Source: Eledone cirrhosa (lineage: Eukaryota). From it: a DNA stretch of 64,000 nucleotides. Under the pieces are notes generated by a model that searched no databases, was not told where the DNA came from, and saw only the letters and a list, made by a program, of their open reading frames with translations. Shown one piece after another: positions 11,364 to 25,040 of the stretch. The stretch's first letter is position 1. Each line of letters begins with the position of its first letter. The translations under genes were made by a program, and so were the position numbers. The stretch covers positions 364,932,001-364,996,000 of the forward strand of contig OZ024741.1 of NCBI GenBank assembly GCA_964016885.1, given 5' to 3'.

Positions 11364-13129
11364 CTACTTGTTTTCTTTACCCATAACGTTTTATGATTAT
11401 ACGCTGTTTTTCTCCGCGTACATAATTAAAATTGCATTAAAATAAATATTTACTGCTACATTTGAATAAAAGTCGATGACCATTTATCCCATAAAATTGC
11501 ATGTCCCTTTATGATAATAGATTTAACAAATTGTATCTCTCTCGCTGAGCTTTAATCAATGTCGTCGTCGAATACTACCTCTTGCTGGAAGTCCAACGAT
11601 TCTAATTCGATTACTACTTCGAATTACAAATACCTGGCATGTGTGTCATGAGGCTATAATCCACTTTTGGCACTGAGTTGTGTTCCTGGCAAAAACACTT
11701 AACATTTCTTATTTAATAAGCCTACCTAATTGGAAAGTAAGTAGTTGTTTGATAGGGAAGTGAAAGAGGGGGGGGGGGGATAATGTAGTATCGTATACGG
11801 TACAAATTTGATTTGATTTTACCACTTTCTAGTGACAAAAATAGATATTTTTCAAAGTGAAATTGAGGACTGAAGGGGTGTTACCCTTTCTATGGTTCAA
11901 TGTCATTACAAGTTCATTAGAAGGACATAAAATGAGATTAGACTGTGAAAATCATTTCAGGATAATGTATAAGCTGGCCTTGATTTAGAAGCTATCGTTC
12001 ATTTCAATATTAGAATAATGTAAGGGAAACGTGTTGGTAAAAAAACATTAGAACCTCGGACGAAATGCCTTGCAGTATTTAGCTGTCAATTTGTATTCTG
12101 AGTTCAAATCTTGCTGAGGTAAACTTTACCTTTCATCCTTCTGAGGTGAATAAAATAAAGTAGCAGCTAATTACTTGCTAATTACGTGACACTCTGCCAA
12201 TGGTAGAAATCAATATTAAAATAAGGCCTTTTAATTTTACAATGAATTTCTCTTTTATAGGAAGATGGTGGATTGACAGAGTCGTTAGGGCGCTGGATTA
12301 AAAATGCCTTGGTATTTATTCCAGATCCTATACCAATAATGTTTTCATCAATTTCTCTCTATGTATTTCTTTCTTTTCCTGGAAGACATTGGCTGTCTTG
12401 CAAACTGGAACATTGGAGAGGGGATGGGTTCCAATGGCTTTAAAATGCCTATGACACGCCTTATATTAAGGCGGCGCATCTACAACTTTCTGTACCTCGG
12501 ATATATTGGTATCTACCTATTTTATTTATTTGAATGTCAATGAGTACAATTTATAAGATAACGGAGACGTAGACACGGCTGAATAATCAACAAGTTCGCT
12601 TCCCCTGCGTAACATCTTGGGCCAGTGTCTTTAACAAAGCCTCGGGCCGATCCAAGCCTTGAGTAGATGGAAACTGAATAGAAATCCGTTGGATGGATTG
12701 TATCAGTAATTCAAAGATTCAGCGTTGTTACATATTGTATCCTGCTGATTTAGAGTGGAAATTTTAATGATATACGTTTAGTTCACAAGCGTTCAGTTGA
12801 TCAACCGATTGAATGCTCATTGTTGAAACCGACACAGAATCCATCATACCGTAAAGGACAACTATCCAAGAAGGTAGTGTTCCTTATTAACGCTGCTACG
12901 TGATTGTAATTAAAACGCTTTTCTCTTATTTGAGACAGCCTATATAGCTAAAAAGGCGGCGAAATGGCAGTCATTAGAACGTCAGATAGAATGCTTTATG
13001 GTTTTCATTTCGGGTCTCTGATCTCTGAGTTGAAATACCACCGAGGTCAACTTTGCCATTCATCCTTTCGAGGCCGATAAAAAAAAGTACCAGTCTAGTG
13101 CTGATGTCGATCTCTCTCACTTTCTTTCT

Positions 13130-13252
13130 TTGGAAGAAATGCGCTGTACTCAGGCCTAGAGAGGAGAAGGGCTCCGCCAGGTTTTAAATGCCCAAGAAAC
13201 GCCGTATATCAATACGGCGCCCTTACGACTATATCAGGAGTTACGGGAGCAA
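13130..13252 (+). repeat. Dispersed ~120 bp retroelement 3'-end-like repeat (also 36760-36880 +, 12370-12500 -)
   Basis: ggaagaaat...ggttttaaatgcccaagaaacgccg...caggagttacggga shared between copies. Confidence 0.6.
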
Positions 13253-14419
13253 ACATACATACATACACACATACACACATACACACATACATACACACAT
13301 ACACACATACATACATACACACACACATACATACACACACACATACATACATACACACACACATACATACATACACACATACATACATACATAGTTAGGA
13401 AATTACAAGTACAATCCATTAATGGAACAGTAAAAATATGTAAAACACTCCCCAAATTCTGCATCTAATAACTGCATATACTTGTACAGATACAAAGCAT
13501 ATACACATGCACACATACAACTCAAAACATACACATGCACACATACAATAACATGGATACCTGCACACACATGCATGCACGCAGGCATGCATACATATTT
13601 GATGTTACCTAGTTGATGTTGTGTAAATTCCAATGCGAGTTAGAAACCGACTCTCTCTATTGGCAAAAATTTGTGAAATTATAAAACCAGAAAAATATAC
13701 ATACATATAACTAAAATAGAAATCGTAAATGGAACAAATAACTTTTGTAAGTGATGTAGAGCTGCTAGAAATAATAGCCAATTCCCCCTGAAATTAAACT
13801 TTACCTTCTCAAAAATAAGAAAGATATATTGAATAATGGTACTCCTAGATACACTATGCTTAGGTTAAAAAAATAGGAGAAGATCACAGGCTGGAATGCT
13901 TTTGATCAAAGGTTTGCTTGGTGAGGGCTGACCTATGAGAAAGCCACAACAATGATAACAACAAAAACAAAACAGCAACAACGACAAATTATAAATGTAA
14001 ACAGGAACGGCAATGTAAGGATGGATTGATTTCTACAGCTTATAATAGTTTCTGATTTAGGCACAAGGCCAGCAATTTCGGAGGAAGGGAAAGTCGATTA
14101 AACCAACCCCAGTGCGTTACTGGTACGTTATTTTATATACCTCGTAAGGATAAAACGAATACCGAGTTATTTTTAAATGTTGGCAGATAATATAATCTAC
14201 TGAATCCATATAAGGTGGATGATGCTCCTGCTTGGCCGCAGTCAAATTACTGAAACCAGTAAAACTATCAAAGAACATATATAAGAAAAGAACAAACAAA
14301 ACATTTCCTTTTCTATATCCTTTGTAGTTTCTGACATGAAACAACTAATTGCATAGTAAGCTTCTTCTGAGACAATTCATCTCACTGAGGGATATTTTTA
14401 AAATTTAATTCTAGTTATG

Positions 14420-14600
14420 CTTAAGACAACTCGTTGTCGAGTTTCAGCAAGGGCCTTGGACACTACCTCCTGAGAATATGAGCAGTACTTTAAAGGAGCA
14501 TTTTTGAATGGAGGTCAATTTTGTTAAGGTACTTCTCAGTGTTGGTGAGGGCGAGCCCAAAGCTTCGACGACAACTGGAATTAACTCTTTCGTTACTATA
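14420..14600 (-). pseudogene. R4/Dong-like RLE endonuclease C-terminal fragment
   Basis: Translates to IPVVVEALG...STAHILRR. Confidence 0.6.
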
Positions 14601-14601
14601 A

Positions 14602-14727
14602 TTCTTCTTCTTCTTCTTCTTCTTCTTCTTCTTCTTCTTCTTCTTCTTCTTCTTCTTCTTCTTCTTCTTCTTCTTCTTCTTCTTCTTCTTCTTCTTCTTC
14701 TTCTTCTTCTTCTTCTTCTTCTTCTTT
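14602..14727. repeat. (TTC)n microsatellite
   Basis: Pure trinucleotide run; another at 17855-17925. Confidence 0.98.
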
Positions 14728-15084
14728 ATAATGTCATTGTTCCTTTACTTAGTAAAAGCAGAACTATTATGTTTTAGCCGCCATACTTTTGATGAGACAC
14801 GACAATGTGTAATGAAAGATATAAAGATATTTTCCAGTAAGCTAGTTTTATAATTAATCATAGAAAAGTAGTTTGAGGGCAATGATGATGAAGATGCGTT
14901 AATAATATTCATTGAAACTACTTACATATATATGGCTGTCGATCTGCACACATATATATATATATTGAACAAATAAAACAAAACAAACGGGAATGCAAAG
15001 ATATAAAGTCTTATTAGGTGCACGCTGTATGTATACGTGTATGTACGTAGTATGTACATGTATATATATATATATATTTATTTA

Positions 15085-15134
<50 letters not shown>

Positions 15135-15551
15135 CATATATATATACATGTGAGTTTGTGAGTATCTCTGTGTGTGTATGTGTATGTGTGGATATGTGTC
15201 TGTGTGCACATGTAACTAAGGCTTTTTGCGTGCTTTTTTTTCTTTCTCTGTGCAGGTTTTCCTTTCTTTATAAACGTTACTTTCGAGATTGCATCGTTAG
15301 TAGCATTTGTTTCATAGTGAAAACGTCTACCAATCTGCACGTGATTATAACTATGTATTAACATTGTCAAGACAATAAGAATCGTTAGTCATGTAATAGT
15401 AGGATATTGAACAAAAGAGAAAGTCCCAGTGATAGCATTCGTTGAAGATATCTGGTGCAGTAGTAGGCATCATTTCTCTTTTGACTAAGTACGGTACGTA
15501 GTCAACATTTACAGCTGATGTGTATAATCGACTGTTTTGATTTCCATATGC

Positions 15552-15762
15552 TATGGTGGCCCAAACGTCACTAGATCTTTAGAAAGAGCCCACCACTGCC
15601 AAGAAGAAAATGGTGATCGTTCGTAGAAAGTAATTTTAAAACTCATTAAAAAATGTTTTCCAAGAAAGGTATCTACTTTTTATAGAAGAATAAATGTGAA
15701 TATTAAATAAATAAAAGGGTTTTAAGATTTTGAAATGGTCTAGTGACTTTTAGGCCAATCTA
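15552..15762. mobile_element. Tc1/mariner-type MITE
   Basis: ~24 bp imperfect TIR tatggtggcccaaacgtcactaga / tctagtgacttttaggccaatcta with TA ends. Confidence 0.7.
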
Positions 15763-16235
15763 TATTACTGTTTATATATTCTCTCCCTAAAACATCGGGT
15801 TATGTACTAATATAAAATAGTGTGCTATGTGTGTGTTGGTCCTCCGTCGGTTCCGACGGCGGCGTCCAAGTTCATCGAACAATTCAACAGACGGCTCGTA
15901 AAATTAATTTACACGTCACTGTACATTCCCCAGACACATGTACTCATAGCTTAGTTCTCTGGGAGATTTAGTGTGACACTGCGTGACACATTTGATCCTT
16001 TGAGTGACATGTTCTCATTCTACCAGTTCAGTGAACTGGAGCAAGAGGAAATAAAGTGTCTTGCGAATTCAGCACTATGCTGAGGACGTTTTAATTTATT
16101 CTACTCTTTTACTCTTTTACTCTTTTACCTGTTCCAGCCATCCGGCCGAGGCTATGCTGGGGCACCACTCCTGAAAATAATTGTCATCCCTGTTGTAAAT
16201 ATTTCTTTTTTACTTAAGAGAAGAAATGCTTAATA

Positions 16236-16585
16236 AATGTTTCTACTCTAGGCACAAGGCCAGCAATTTGAAGGAGAGGGGAAAGTCGATTAAATCGACC
16301 CCAGTGCATTACTGGTACTTTATTTATCGACCCCGTAAGGCAAAGCGAACCTGGGCGGGATCTGAACTGAGAACATAAAGGGCCGCAACTCTAAGAAATG
16401 CTTATTAATTGTTTCTACTTTTGGCACAAGGCCAGCAAATTACCCAGTGCATTACTGGTACTTTATTTTATCGACCCCGTAAGGATGAAAGGCAAAGTTA
16501 ACCTCGGCCGGATTTGAACTCAGATCATAAAGGGACGTAACTCTATGCTTCAAAGCATGGTGGCCGACTCTCTACCGATACTGCT
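16236..16585 (-). mobile_element. Two tandem SINE copies (family of 3047-3428)
   Basis: tttctact..ggcacaaggccagc...actggtactttattttatcgaccccg occurs twice. Confidence 0.85.
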
Positions 16586-16694
16586 AATAATAATAATTGT
16601 GCATATGTGTAAGTACACTCCACCCCCACACACACAGACACTAACACGCATACATATTTCTGAGTTTGTTTAATAACACTGACTTATATCGAAT

Positions 16695-16957
16695 AACCAC
16701 CGCCACCACCTTTACTATTGCCACCACCAACACCTCCATCTCCATCACCACGAAGAACACCACCCCCGATCATCATCACCACCACCACCACCACGAACAC
16801 CGCCCCCATCATCAGCATCATCATCATTGCCATTGCTATTACCATTTAATAACAACCATAACAATCACCACCATCATCACATCACCATAACGAACACCGC
16901 GCTCATCATCATCTTCATCTTCATTGCTGTCACCATCACCATGACGAACACCACCCA

Positions 16958-17007
<50 letters not shown>

Positions 17008-17225
17008 CCACAACTATCATCATCACCATAACCATCATCATCATCATCACCACCATCACCATCACCATCATCTCATCGTCATCATCACTATTACCATGTA
17101 ATAACAACCATAACAATCACCACCATGATCACCATCACCATCATCACCATTATTATTATCATCATCACCATTATCATCATTACCATCATCATCATCATCA
17201 CCACCATCACCATCACCATCACTAT
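16695..17225. repeat. Compound (CAT/CAC)n low-complexity tract
   Basis: Degenerate trinucleotide repeat. Confidence 0.95.
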
Positions 17226-18109
17226 AACTAAAATTACTATCGCCGTCACCAACAAGTAAGTGCAGATAAATAATTCCTTTATTCGTTCCAAAACCGTGAC
17301 TACGGAACCTAATGTAATGCATTCTTTTATGCGCCTGTCTATCTCTCAGCAATGCAATCCAACAGATTGTTCATTCAACTGTGCGCTAATCCATCCATCA
17401 ATTCGTTTATCCATCAATCTATCCATAAAGCCCGTACAACCCGCAACACGCAACCCGTCGATATAATCCATTCATCTACCTATCCATTTATTCATTCGTC
17501 TAACTAGTTATCTATCACTTCCTCCTTATATCAGTCAACCAGTGAAGCAAAGCAGCCAACCAAAACTGCCATTTTGTTTGACCATGAAGCTGACATATCT
17601 TCAAAGTATCTCGGCCCAGTCGAACGTTGTTTCTCACAGCAAAGAAAATTAATTACTATTTAAACTGAAATGATACTGATAGTTAGCTGAGTTGTAATGA
17701 TATTGAACTGGTAAGCGAACAACTACCGGTTCAAATCTTACCAACGTTTTAGCACAGACGAAGGTTATTTCTCATAACAAGAAGAAACATTACTATCTAA
17801 ACTGCAATGGTACTAATAATTGTAAAGGCACATGGCCTAGTGGTCAAGGCATATTCTTCTTCTTCTTCTTCTTCTTCTTCTTCTTCTTCTTCTTCTTCTT
17901 CTTCTTCTTCTTCTTCTTCTTCTTCATCGCTCACTTATTTCTATTAGGATCGTGGTGGCAGAGTTCTCAATCACTCCTTCCAGTGTGTCCAGCTAGGAGC
18001 AACCGTCTCCTACTGATACGGTTGAATTTCCTGAGACATTCTAACCACATGCCTATAATACCGGAGCTGTGAACTCTCAATTCGGAAAAGTAGCGGCTCT
18101 ACCTGGAGT

Positions 18110-20450
18110 GATTATTATTATTTTATCCCCGAGCTACGCACTCAGTCGAGTAAGGTTACTCCAAAGACCCTTCGGAGGAATCCCATTTCGACCACTTGTA
18201 TTCGCAATCGTATTCTTTCGGTCATTACACAAGATTCATGACCATGGGTAAGGGTTGGCAAATACCGAATTGAAGATAGCGAGTTTTGCTTTTACACCTA
18301 CCTCCCTTCTGTTTATTGAATACCAAAGCTGGCACATTACTGCTCCAGCTCCTGCAATTCTTGCAGTTGATTCAGCCTTCTGTCTTCAATTACTCGTGAA
18401 CACGGCTCCCAGATACTTGAACTTTTCCACCTGCTTCAGTGGAACTCCATTCACAAGTAAAGTGAAGTATGCAGGCTTCCTTGAGAGGATGAGTGTCTCA
18501 CTTTCACAGCACTGATTTTCATTCAAGCCATGGAGCACTTGGCATCAAACCTATCAAGTGCTAGTCGGAGATCACCTTTTATCGAGTTAAGTAACATCAT
18601 ATCATCTGGAAATTCCAGCTGACTGATTTTACACCAGCCAGTCATGATACCACTTCCAACTCCTTGGCGGAGTCCGACTCCCACATTGAATGGTTTCTAT
18701 TTAGACCCATTTATCCGAACAGAAATACTCAGACATTCATATAGAGACATTAGGGCAACAAGAAGCTGATCCGAGGAACGCATTCATATGCCTTTTCGAC
18801 GTCTACAAAACAAGAATATACCTCTTGGCAGTACTCCCACGATTTCTCAAGGCCCTGTCGCAGTGTGAATATTTAGTCGGTTGTGTTGCATCCAGGACGA
18901 AAACCTCATTGTCACCAGCTAGCTTGGACTCGACAATCTCGTAGCATCTCTTTGCGAGACACTTAGCATAGACTTTACCGAGATGGCTTAACAATTGAAA
19001 TACTCTCTCTTGTATCTCTTTTTGAAAATTGTGATTATCTCTCCCGATTGCCATTGCTTAGGTGCCATTCCAGGCGTCCTTCTGTCATCATGACTGTCAA
19101 AAGATGCGTGAAGATTGTTCTGCAAATTTTGAATGTCTCTGATAGAAGCAGGAAAGGTTTCTTTTCATTAGCATTAGTAAACTTAAGAGGAGAAATGGAT
19201 TTTTGTGGAAATAGCTCAGCACCGACGCTGTTGACAAGAGATAAAGTTTGTGTAATCATGATTGCTAGGAGGAAAGTGTCGAACTGAGAAGATATGACAT
19301 TGTCAATACTGTCAGTGAGTTTAGGGCCAGTTACAACAGCACGCCAGAATAGGTTCTTTTTAGAAGGTTTTGAAACACGAAGGATCCGTTTTTGTGTTGT
19401 TGTAACTACATGGTGATCACTACCAATTGGATTTGATGTGGTGAAGAGTTGGCAGTCTCTGATGTTGTTCCGCCAATGTTTGCGATAAATGACAAAGTCT
19501 ATCTGGAGAAGATCGTTCCTTTGAGACCTGTAGGTTCATAGTTTGGGCATGTGTATCTGAAATTACAGGTTACCGATGATAAGACTGTTGCTGATTAAAA
19601 TCGATTAGATACTGGCCAGTTCTGCTGCTTGACTGTTGAATACAGAAGACACTTTTCACATTAGCATTCATGTCTGTCACAATGAGTAGCATAGTTTGTG
19701 GCGGCACTTCGTCAATGATGTTGCTCAACATTTGATAGAGATTTACAATTTCTTTTTCCGGCATGACATTGTGAGGAGAATAACAAGAAATCACTGCTGT
19801 TTTCAGATTAAAGGTGGCAACAACAATGCCCTCGTCAACTCTTAAGATGTACAAAAGAAGAGGTATCAGTTTAGCGTAGACAGCAAGGGCTACACGCCAA
19901 ATAGAAGCTCCACAATTGTTTCAAAGAGCAGACGTAAAAAGGGTTGTTTCAAAGTTATGGAGGACTTCATCAATACCTGATTCCCCTTGCACAGGCGATG
20001 TTCTTGGGTGCAAGTAATTGATATGTTGTAATCCTGCATCATTTTGTCGAGTTCAGCTCGTGGAAAGTCGGATCGAAGTGACCAGCACTTTAGAGTGGCC
20101 AATCTGAAGGAATGTTTTGGCCTAGATAGGCCTTTCTGCGGTTGGGTTCAGAGCAATGGTATCCAAATGGGTTGAAGTGAGGCTCACCCTCTAATGTAGC
20201 ATCTTACTGACCCTTTGAAGGACTGCAAATCTATGGCTTGAACCTTGGTGCTAGTATTGAACTTCATTTAGTTTTTTCTAATGGCTAAAATATATGCGGC
20301 TCACCACACCTGCATACTCATAGGTTTATCCGCTAATTGGAACAATTGTCAAATTAATAGTGGATCATCTGTGAAGCCACTGGCGTTCACGACGTCGAGG
20401 TCATCTAATTAAACTGATGGTTGCCGCATGAACTACTGCTTACTATGAGA
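18110..20450 (-). pseudogene. Degraded RTE-clade LINE (APE endonuclease + RT), internally deleted or chimeric
   Basis: APE motifs TQEHR, CYSP, TDMNA, QIDF, SDH; RT motifs WQSGEIITIFKK, DVEKAY, FPDD; (TAA)n tail at ~18110-18122. Confidence 0.8.
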
Positions 20451-21319
20451 CAAGCAGGATTCTGTAGTAAGGCAAGGGATTCTGTAGTAATATAACAAAC
20501 CTTATTATTTAGCTGATATTATTTAAAACTAAATGAACTGAAGCATTGAGTATGATATATATTGACCATGGAGACACTGTTGACTGAAACTGTATTTCCT
20601 ACCAAACGAAATCACCCATAACAAATTTACTCGTAGCCAAACCTTGTCAACCTACAAATCCTCACCACCGTTTTTTTTTTATTCATGGAAATAACATGAA
20701 GCGTTCTTAATTACCGTGAATTTCTATATTTGTAACTGTTCCAGAAACAACAAATGACATTTAATTTGCTTTAAGACTTGTCTCTCACGCCAATGAGTTT
20801 TTCTTTTTTTTTTTATATATTTTTTTCACTTTCCCGAGGTTAGTAACAGATATACTCTAGCATAGCACATGATGATATCAGTATGTAGTATGCTTTGAAA
20901 ATAAATTGAATGTACAAGATTATAGGATTTTGTTACATTGACAGAAGAAAGCTTCAAACATATATAAGTGGAAATCGATTCATGTGATGTTCTTATATAT
21001 TTTCCAACAGTATTCATTATTTTCTTTATATTTTCTCTGCTCTACTTTTTTCTCCCCATTACTTTAGCTTGCTACCTTCAACATTCTAACGCTATTCTTT
21101 CTGTCTCTATGTCTTATTCCACACATACACATCTATCACAACTCTACCTATTTCAACAATTCTACACACTTCTTATTTCTTCAAGGAAGAGCTATATACT
21201 AAAACCGTTAGTAATGCTTTTCTCGTGTTAGATATGAGACTATTAAACTGATTATTTGTAGATGCAAGACCAACACGGTCACATTAAGTTCTTTTTCTAA
21301 TTTATCATAATTATAACGT

Positions 21320-21632
21320 TGTTGTATTTTGGGAAGGTCATAATCATAAGATTGTTGTGTTTTAGGAGGGTCATAAACATATTGTTGTATTTTGAGAGGG
21401 TCATAAACAATACTATTGAATTTTGGGAGGGTTAAAACATGATGGTTTTGTATTTTGGGAGGGTCATAAAGATAATGGTTTTGTATTTTGGGAGGGTCAT
21501 AAGCATGATGGTTTTGTATTTTAGGAGGGTCATAAACGTGATGGTTTTGTATTTTGGGAGGGTCATAAACGTGATGGTTTTGTATTTTGGGAGGGTCATA
21601 AACGTGATGGTTTTGTATTTTGGGAGGGTCAT
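21320..21632 (-). repeat. 33 bp minisatellite (~6 full plus ~4 shortened units)
   Basis: Unit atgaccctcccaaaatacaaaaccatcacgttt. Confidence 0.95.
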
Positions 21633-21976
21633 GAAGCCAATCAAACTTGACGAAGAAGGGACACAAAAGGAAGAGTAATCGATAAAGTAACAGGGGCCAA
21701 TAAAAGGAAATTGATAATTGATAAATTTGTTGAGTAATCAACTAATAAAACTGAAGTGAAACCCAACTGGTATGTGTGATTTGATTGGCAGTATAGCCGA
21801 CCAAACATAGTGCAATATCTGTTTCAACACATGATTTTACATCAAGAATCTTGCAGAACAAATACACAAATTCCTGGACTTTATGCGAAGCTAATACTTT
21901 AACCACACAGCTATACCTGAGCCAGAAAATTGTCATCGATCTCATAGAATAGCACTGATCTACACAATAAGTAAGA

Positions 21977-22093
<117 letters not shown>

Positions 22094-22239
22094 AGGAAGA
22101 CCACAAATCAGAGTAGTACTCGATACATGGTATGATGTAGAGTGGGTGTATTAGCGAAGTAGAGGATTGACCGCGAGGTTAGGCACTTTCGGCTACTAAC
22201 CTCTGTCACTCTCATTCCCACTCTCTCTTTCTCTTTTAC

Positions 22240-22327
<88 letters not shown>

Positions 22328-22364
22328 AAAATAAAAAGTTACGGGCGAAAGAGGGTAATATCCA

Positions 22365-22429
22365 TCATCAGTTGTCTGCTAGGAATCATAGATATTTCTT
22401 TGCGTTAGAGACAATATACCTCAACCTAG
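22365..22429 (-). ncRNA. Divergent copy of the candidate pseudoknotted hammerhead
   Basis: ctaggt-tga-GGTA-TA-TTGTCT-ctaacgcaaa-GAAA-TATC-tat-gat-tcctag-c-AGACAA-CTGATGA. Confidence 0.6.
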
Positions 22430-22718
22430 TGCGATCAATCACTAAAATAAGTTATTGGGATAAAAAAGGAGGGGGGGGGGGGTAAAAACGTAAACAGACA
22501 CGAAAAGTGTGGCAACGTAAAGATATATATATAAATATATTTATATATATACATCCAAAATCTAAAATAGAAATGGCTTCTACAGGACTAATCCTCATTT
22601 GAATGTAATAGTTCTAGTTCTGTAGAAGCCATTTATATATTACATTTTATATATTTCCTACTAATGTATTGAGTACCTTATTTACTGTGGTTACCACCGA
22701 TTGAACCCGGCACTGACG

Positions 22719-22757
<39 letters not shown>

Positions 22758-22888
22758 TCATGCAATAAACACCTGATGATGTCACCAGGATCTTACGGGG
22801 CTGGGCCATTAAAATGTACATAATGTTGGCTATAATAAGTCTTTGAAAGAATGTCACCAGTCCGGCCTCCTGTTATTTTACTCAATAA

Positions 22889-22943
<55 letters not shown>

Positions 22944-23001
22944 GCATATATATATATACACACATACATACATTTATATATATATATATACATACATACA
23001 T

Positions 23002-23037
<36 letters not shown>

Positions 23038-23141
23038 GCATTGACAAATATATCAATATGCCAGACACGCAGATATATTGCCCTTGGTATGACAGTGTGG
23101 TTTTAGCTCAATGTAGGATAACTAGTATACTACAGAGCCGT

Positions 23142-23895
23142 TATAGTTATAGGAATAACCAAAGAGTGCTTAGAAATACATTGTTTTATCAGCTAACAGT
23201 GTTTCATCCATACTCCATGGCAGGAATCTTCAGAGCCTATAAACAAGAGTATATCAATAGTTGCATGCTCCATCGAGCTGCGTCACCCGAACAAGGTTAA
23301 AAGTCCAGCAGGGGGGTCCCGAGGCCAGCGCTATATGGATAAAGACAGAATACATGACGCACATAATGTCATAAAATATCTTTAAAAATTACATCAAAAA
23401 TTAAAAATTACACCACAAATGTATCTCTTAAATGGTGCAATAGATGATAAAGAGGTTGGGAGAGGGTAGCAAGAGATGAGGAAGGTATTATTCAGCATGA
23501 TCAGAAACAATAAAAAAATAATAAAAAAGTACAAAAATACAGGGATAACAAAAGAGATAAATATAAAAATACAAAACAATAAAGGAACAAAAAGCCCTAA
23601 AACTCCCACAAAATATAAAACAAAGCAAAGCATAGATACATCAAAGCACAAGTAGTGCAAAAACAGGATGTACAGACAGATTAAGAGAGTTTGCAAGCAT
23701 GAGTCTGTGAGAAGAATAGTTGGTTAGCAGTGGTGCAGCCTTACATGTATGATAGTCCGTATGAGGGATGGTGTACTCCAATTATATCGCCTTGTAACAG
23801 GTCGATTCTCCTTATCATATCAGTGTTAGCTAATAACACTGTTAGCTAATAAAACAATGTATTTCTAAGCACTCTTTGGTTATTCCTATAACTAT
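23142..23895 (-). mobile_element. PLE pseudo-LTR relic with partial inverted end
   Basis: 23835-23895 is the reverse complement of 23142-23203; contains a hammerhead. Confidence 0.7.
23181..23246 (-). ncRNA. Type I hammerhead ribozyme motif
   Basis: ggct-CTGAAGA-tTCC...GGAt-GAAA-cactg-TT-agct; stem I extended by ttgttt/aaacaa. Confidence 0.75.
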
Positions 23896-24001
23896 ATATA
23901 TATATATTCACACACACACATAGACACACACACACACACACCCACACACACCGGCACCCCCCCCACATATATATGAAGAATAAAGCTAACAAAGATGCTG
24001 T

Positions 24002-24061
<60 letters not shown>

Positions 24062-24067
24062 TATATG

Positions 24068-24098
<31 letters not shown>

Positions 24099-24740
24099 GA
24101 ATATATGTATATATATATACATATACGCGCAAGTATACACACACACTCATACACATATGTTAACTACCTTTCCACCAACACAATTTCCTTATAACGATGT
24201 AATGTTTAATGCATTAAGTGACAAGTAATCCGATGAAAATGAAAATTTTACTATATCTTTCTCATAGTTACCGAGCTACAAATATCGTAGGATTAACGGA
24301 AGAAGTGATTATTAATTCAAAAGTCATTAGACGAAAATTGTATTCCATGCTAGACAAGACAAGATAATATTAGATAAGAGCTGATTATTCCATGATTGTT
24401 CTATGAAAGGAAAGTTTAAAATTTGATGGATATAGTAATATAATATCCATTCCATCATCGATTTTTTTCTCCCTCCAATAGAAAATGTATGTATGTATGT
24501 AATTATGTATGTATGTATGTGTGCGTGTCTTTGTGTGTGTGTCTGTATGAATATATGTATGTATGTGAGCGTGTCTTTGTATGTGTGTGTGTGTGCGTGT
24601 GTGTGTGCGTGCGTGTGTGTGTGTGTGTGTGTGTGTATGAATATATGTATGTATGTAAGTATGTATGTGTGTGTGTGTATGTATGTAAGTATGAATGTAT
24701 GTATGTAAGTATGCATGTATGTTTGTATGTATGTATGTAA

Positions 24741-24948
24741 GATCTGGAGATCTCTCTGCACTTGTCGTCACATGGTACCATGGGCCCAGCACTATGTGTC
24801 AATAATTGTCACAAGTGTAGTGTTTGTACCAGAGTTTTCAAGTCGCTGGCTGGACTAAAAAGTCATACTCGTTCAGCCCATTGGTAGGGTTCTCCTACAT
24901 GAATATAAAGTAGTGGCCATACTCGAAAACGAGTTGGCAGCCACCATG
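24741..24948 (+). mobile_element. 5'-truncated RTE-like 3' end
   Basis: Same family as 30407-30725 and 35652-35965; C2H2-type tail CSVCTRVFKSLAGLKSHTRSAH. Confidence 0.75.
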
Positions 24949-25002
24949 TATATATATATATGTATGTATATGTATATATATGTATATATATGTATATATA
25001 TA

Positions 25003-25032
<30 letters not shown>

Positions 25033-25040
<8 letters not shown>

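Noticed and set aside
21208-21741. YDPPKIQNHHV repeat protein
   Set aside because: Open frame is a consequence of a 33 bp unit; the DNA matches a PLE end
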